Shown here: piece by piece, positions 61,030 to 64,000 of the stretch
How positions within the stretch are numbered: the stretch's first letter is position 1
How the letters are laid out: each line of letters starts with the position of its first letter
DNA from: Felis catus
Taxonomy: Eukaryota
DNA length: 64,000 nt
Reading direction: 5' to 3'
Assembly: GCF_018350175.1 (NCBI RefSeq)
Contig: NC_058368.1
Location: 4,712,001 to 4,776,000, forward strand
Made by a program: the position numbers and the translations under genes
The notes under the pieces: generated by a model
The model's database searches: none
What the model was told of the DNA's origin: nothing
What the model saw: the letters and a program-made list of their open reading frames with translations, nothing else

Positions 61030-61290
61030 TAAACAACACGTAGCCCTTATGACACGGAGGCAGATCTGCAGCTTGTGAACTGGTTTTTCATACCGTATAC
61101 AACAAAAGCCACCTAGGTGGGAAGTTCAACGCCCCTCTCTTGTGCCTTGTTTTCCTCAACCGCGACATGGAGACGTTAGAATTGCCTACCCATTACACTG
61201 TGGGGAGGGTTAAATGGGCTCCTACGATTTAAAAGGTTTCAATGGTGCCAGGAGCCCAGTGAGTTTGCTATTGCTGGCGTTATCTGATAT
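61030..61290 (+). mobile_element. MIR relic
   Basis: ctctcttgtgccttgttttcctcaac...gagggttaaatggg. Confidence 0.55.
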
Positions 61291-62586
61291 TCAAACGATA
61301 ATAGCAAGTGGTGGGCTATAGACCGTTTTCTACACTTGGATTCCTGCCTTCCCCTTAAGATGAAACGATATCATCCAAAGCGAGCTTTCTGGGTTTTGTT
61401 TCGTGGCCGGCAAAAACCCAACTTATGTGGCATCACGATTATGCAAAGAGAAACAAATATAAAGATTCAACCCTCTGATGTGGCATGGGGTGTGGAGGCC
61501 ACTGAGTGTGGCGAAACGGGAGTGCGTCCACAGGAGGCACTCACATTGCTATGTGGGTAGCAGCTCGCCAAGTTTGAATCTGACCTTGAACATTCCTTCC
61601 TGCATTCTACGGCCCTCGGCCACAGCACCCACAGAATGAAGATACGGCAAGGTGGGGTTTGGCAGTCACCCCAGGGGCTGGGATCACAGGAAGACAGAGG
61701 AAGGCGATCTGGGGCAGCAAACCTCAGTCTGACTTCCTCTCAGTCCTCTCGGACCCCCAAGGCTGGGGATGCGGGGCGGGCTGTGAACCTTCTCTCCCAC
61801 CCCAACTGCAGCCTCGGTTCAGGGTCACTGCACAGGGAGAAGGGAAAAGAAAGCGGTGACACGTGTGGCATGGAGAATCCAAAAGGCTGCGACTGTCCAG
61901 CTCTGGGACTCTGCGTCTCTAGTGCCCCGAGGGGTGGAGGTTGGGGAGAAGGTGGTGGGGATGGGGTCGACCGCGAGAACGAAGAAGTAGAGTTTGTGGC
62001 TCACTATGGCCATTCCTGGCCCCGAAGCACAGTCAGACAGACCTGTGACCCGAGCGGGTTGGACATCGTGTCACAAACGCAGAGCAGCTTGCTCATTCAC
62101 GTCTTCACTCCTCTCCCGAAGCAAAGCCCCCAGGGCACCCAGAACCTGGGACCGGGCTTCCGGGTAGGCACAGGGCAGAGACGAGGCTGCTGAAATTCAC
62201 ACGCTAGCCTTTCCGTTCCCTGGCGTCACAAACACGGACGCGTGTTCTCCTCTTGTGCGCTGGACACTGGGCTGGGCGCTGAGGGCACAGCAACGAGCCC
62301 TGGGAGAGCACCTCGGCATCCACGGAGCGGAAATTCTGGAGGGAGACACCGCATCGAGCTGCAGGTTGAGGCTGCCATTTCGGCTGAAGAGTGCGGTGCC
62401 ACGGGAGTGCGGAGGAGGGTTCCAGTCGCCCCGCGTCTTGTACGGAGAACGGAGAACGGATCTAGGGTTATGTTTATTCTGCCACTACTCTGCAAGTCCA
62501 AACACGAGTCTACCGGGTCACCAGATGCTTAAGCTTTGCCTGCCTGCCCCGCTCCGGAACTCCCAAAGCATCTCTCCACGGATCCT

Positions 62587-62702
62587 AGACACGGAATCGG
62601 AAGCAGGCTCCAGGCACAGAGCCCGACGCGGGGCTCGAACCCGTGAGGTCATGACCTGAGCCGAAGTCGGACGCTCAACCCACTGAGCCCCCCAGGCGCC
62701 CC
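62587..62702 (-). mobile_element. Tailless, internally deleted SINEC_Fc fragment
   Basis: gaagcaggctccaggcacagagcccgacgcggggctcgaac...caggcgcccc. Confidence 0.88.
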
Positions 62703-63550
62703 TAGTCCTTCATCACTCCTAGGTTTCACTTGCTCTGTTTACTCGTTTGGTTAAAAAGTGACTGATTTCCTCTATTCGGCTGCTTCGGCATCCATGAAAT
62801 GTTGAGGAGCTCTCCTTATCCCATCATCCCCTGCAAAGACTCGCTAAGGTGCCCGAGGGCGCTTCTCTCTGGCAACCACTGCTGGTTCCTCACACCAGTG
62901 CAACCTGTTGTAAATATGCTCCCTAAATTGTCCAAACCACAGATGTTAGTGTGTGATATCTTTGTGTCTCCCTTCATTCCAAGCATCAAAATAACCCCAC
63001 TTTCCATAATAAGATATGATGCTGCCAAGGTCATTCCTCTCACACCTCGCAGTCGCTGTGTTCTGGATCCGTAGGTGCGGACAGACGAACCTCCTCCGCC
63101 AACTGAAATGAATTTCCACACAAGCCTACTTGGCTCAGTGTTAGAACATCCAAGAATATGTAGAGTTGGAAAGTAATTTTGAGACGGCTGACTTTCTTAC
63201 TTGACCGAAGAGAAATCCGAGGCCCCACGAGGTTGAGTGACTTAGCCAGAGCCGCCTGGCTAGTAAGGGTTAGTGGCACCTGAGGACAGGTGTGGGGGCC
63301 CTTGTTCTCAGGCATCCTTCCTACCACTACCACTGGCTCCCCGCTGCTCAGCACGGCGCCTGAGATATCACGCCATAAAGACACTTTAGACGGACAAACG
63401 GTGATGGCCGAAGGTGCAATTAGAACCCGTTAGTTCTAATTAGTTCATTAGTGCATTAGTTCATTTATTCCCCACAACAACCCAGCGAGGTGGGTACTAT
63501 GAATGCCCTTGATATACCGAGGCACGCAGAAGTTAAGGAATCTGCCCAAC

Positions 63551-63717
63551 GGGGGCGCGTGGGAGCTCAGTCAGTTAAGCGTCTGACTTTGGTGCAGGTC
63601 ACGGTTTTGATTTGAGTCCCGCGTCGGGCTCTCTGCCGTCAGCACCGAGTCTGTTTTGGACCCTCTGTGTACCCCCTCTCTCTACCCCTCCCCCGCTGGC
63701 TCTTGCTTTCTCTCCAA
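63551..63717 (+). mobile_element. Can-SINE within a MIR relic (~63450-63800)
   Basis: Degenerate head gggggcgcgtgggagctcagtcagttaagcg. Confidence 0.85.
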
Positions 63718-64000
63718 ATTGCCTACCATAATAGAAAAGGTCAGAGCCAGGTTTTGAACCCAGGCCCTCGGACTGAGTCTGTGGTCTTGAAGACGATGCT
63801 GTACCAACAATGAAGGGAAGGCTCCATCACAACACGTGTAACCCTGAAGGAGGAGGAGAGGGCTGGCGGGGGGAGAGTTTAAGAACCACGAAACCGAAAT
63901 TGACTATCATACAAATGTACAGAATTATCACGAATACATATGCTTCATACTATATACACGTAAACCACAGTCTGATACCCTTTCAGGCTGCTAGACACTG

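Noticed and set aside
1..64000. CRISPR array, operon, tRNA or rRNA genes
   Set aside because: Repeats are dispersed SINEs with A-tails and TSDs; tRNA-like A/B boxes belong to SINE heads; DNA is mammalian

Overview
Mammalian (felid; cat-like) non-coding genomic DNA, not prokaryotic. About 48 tRNA-derived Can-SINEs (SINEC_Fc type; ~33 on +, ~15 on -), many with readable target-site duplications (TSDs). Also many decayed LINE-1 pieces (ORF1, ORF2 endonuclease/RT and 3' UTR remnants, one very short young felid L1 3' end), solo LTRs (MLT1B, two MER21-like, MLT2B), DNA-transposon MITEs (MER3, Tigger2a, MER53), MIR/L2 relics and microsatellites. The left ~38 kb is AT/L1-rich; the right part is more GC/CpG-rich with MIR/L2. 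I recognise no protein-coding gene: the ORF track is explained by repeats or chance. Several short splice-signal-bounded candidate exons occur on both strands (unverified). The best second-look items are a possible 3'-UTR retrocopy inside an old L1, an inverted locally templated L1 insertion, re-used retrotransposon target sites and a phase-compatible chain of minus-strand micro-exon candidates. I find no convincing evidence of a new biological system. Repeat names are from recalled consensus sequences, not a database search; boundaries of old repeats are approximate.
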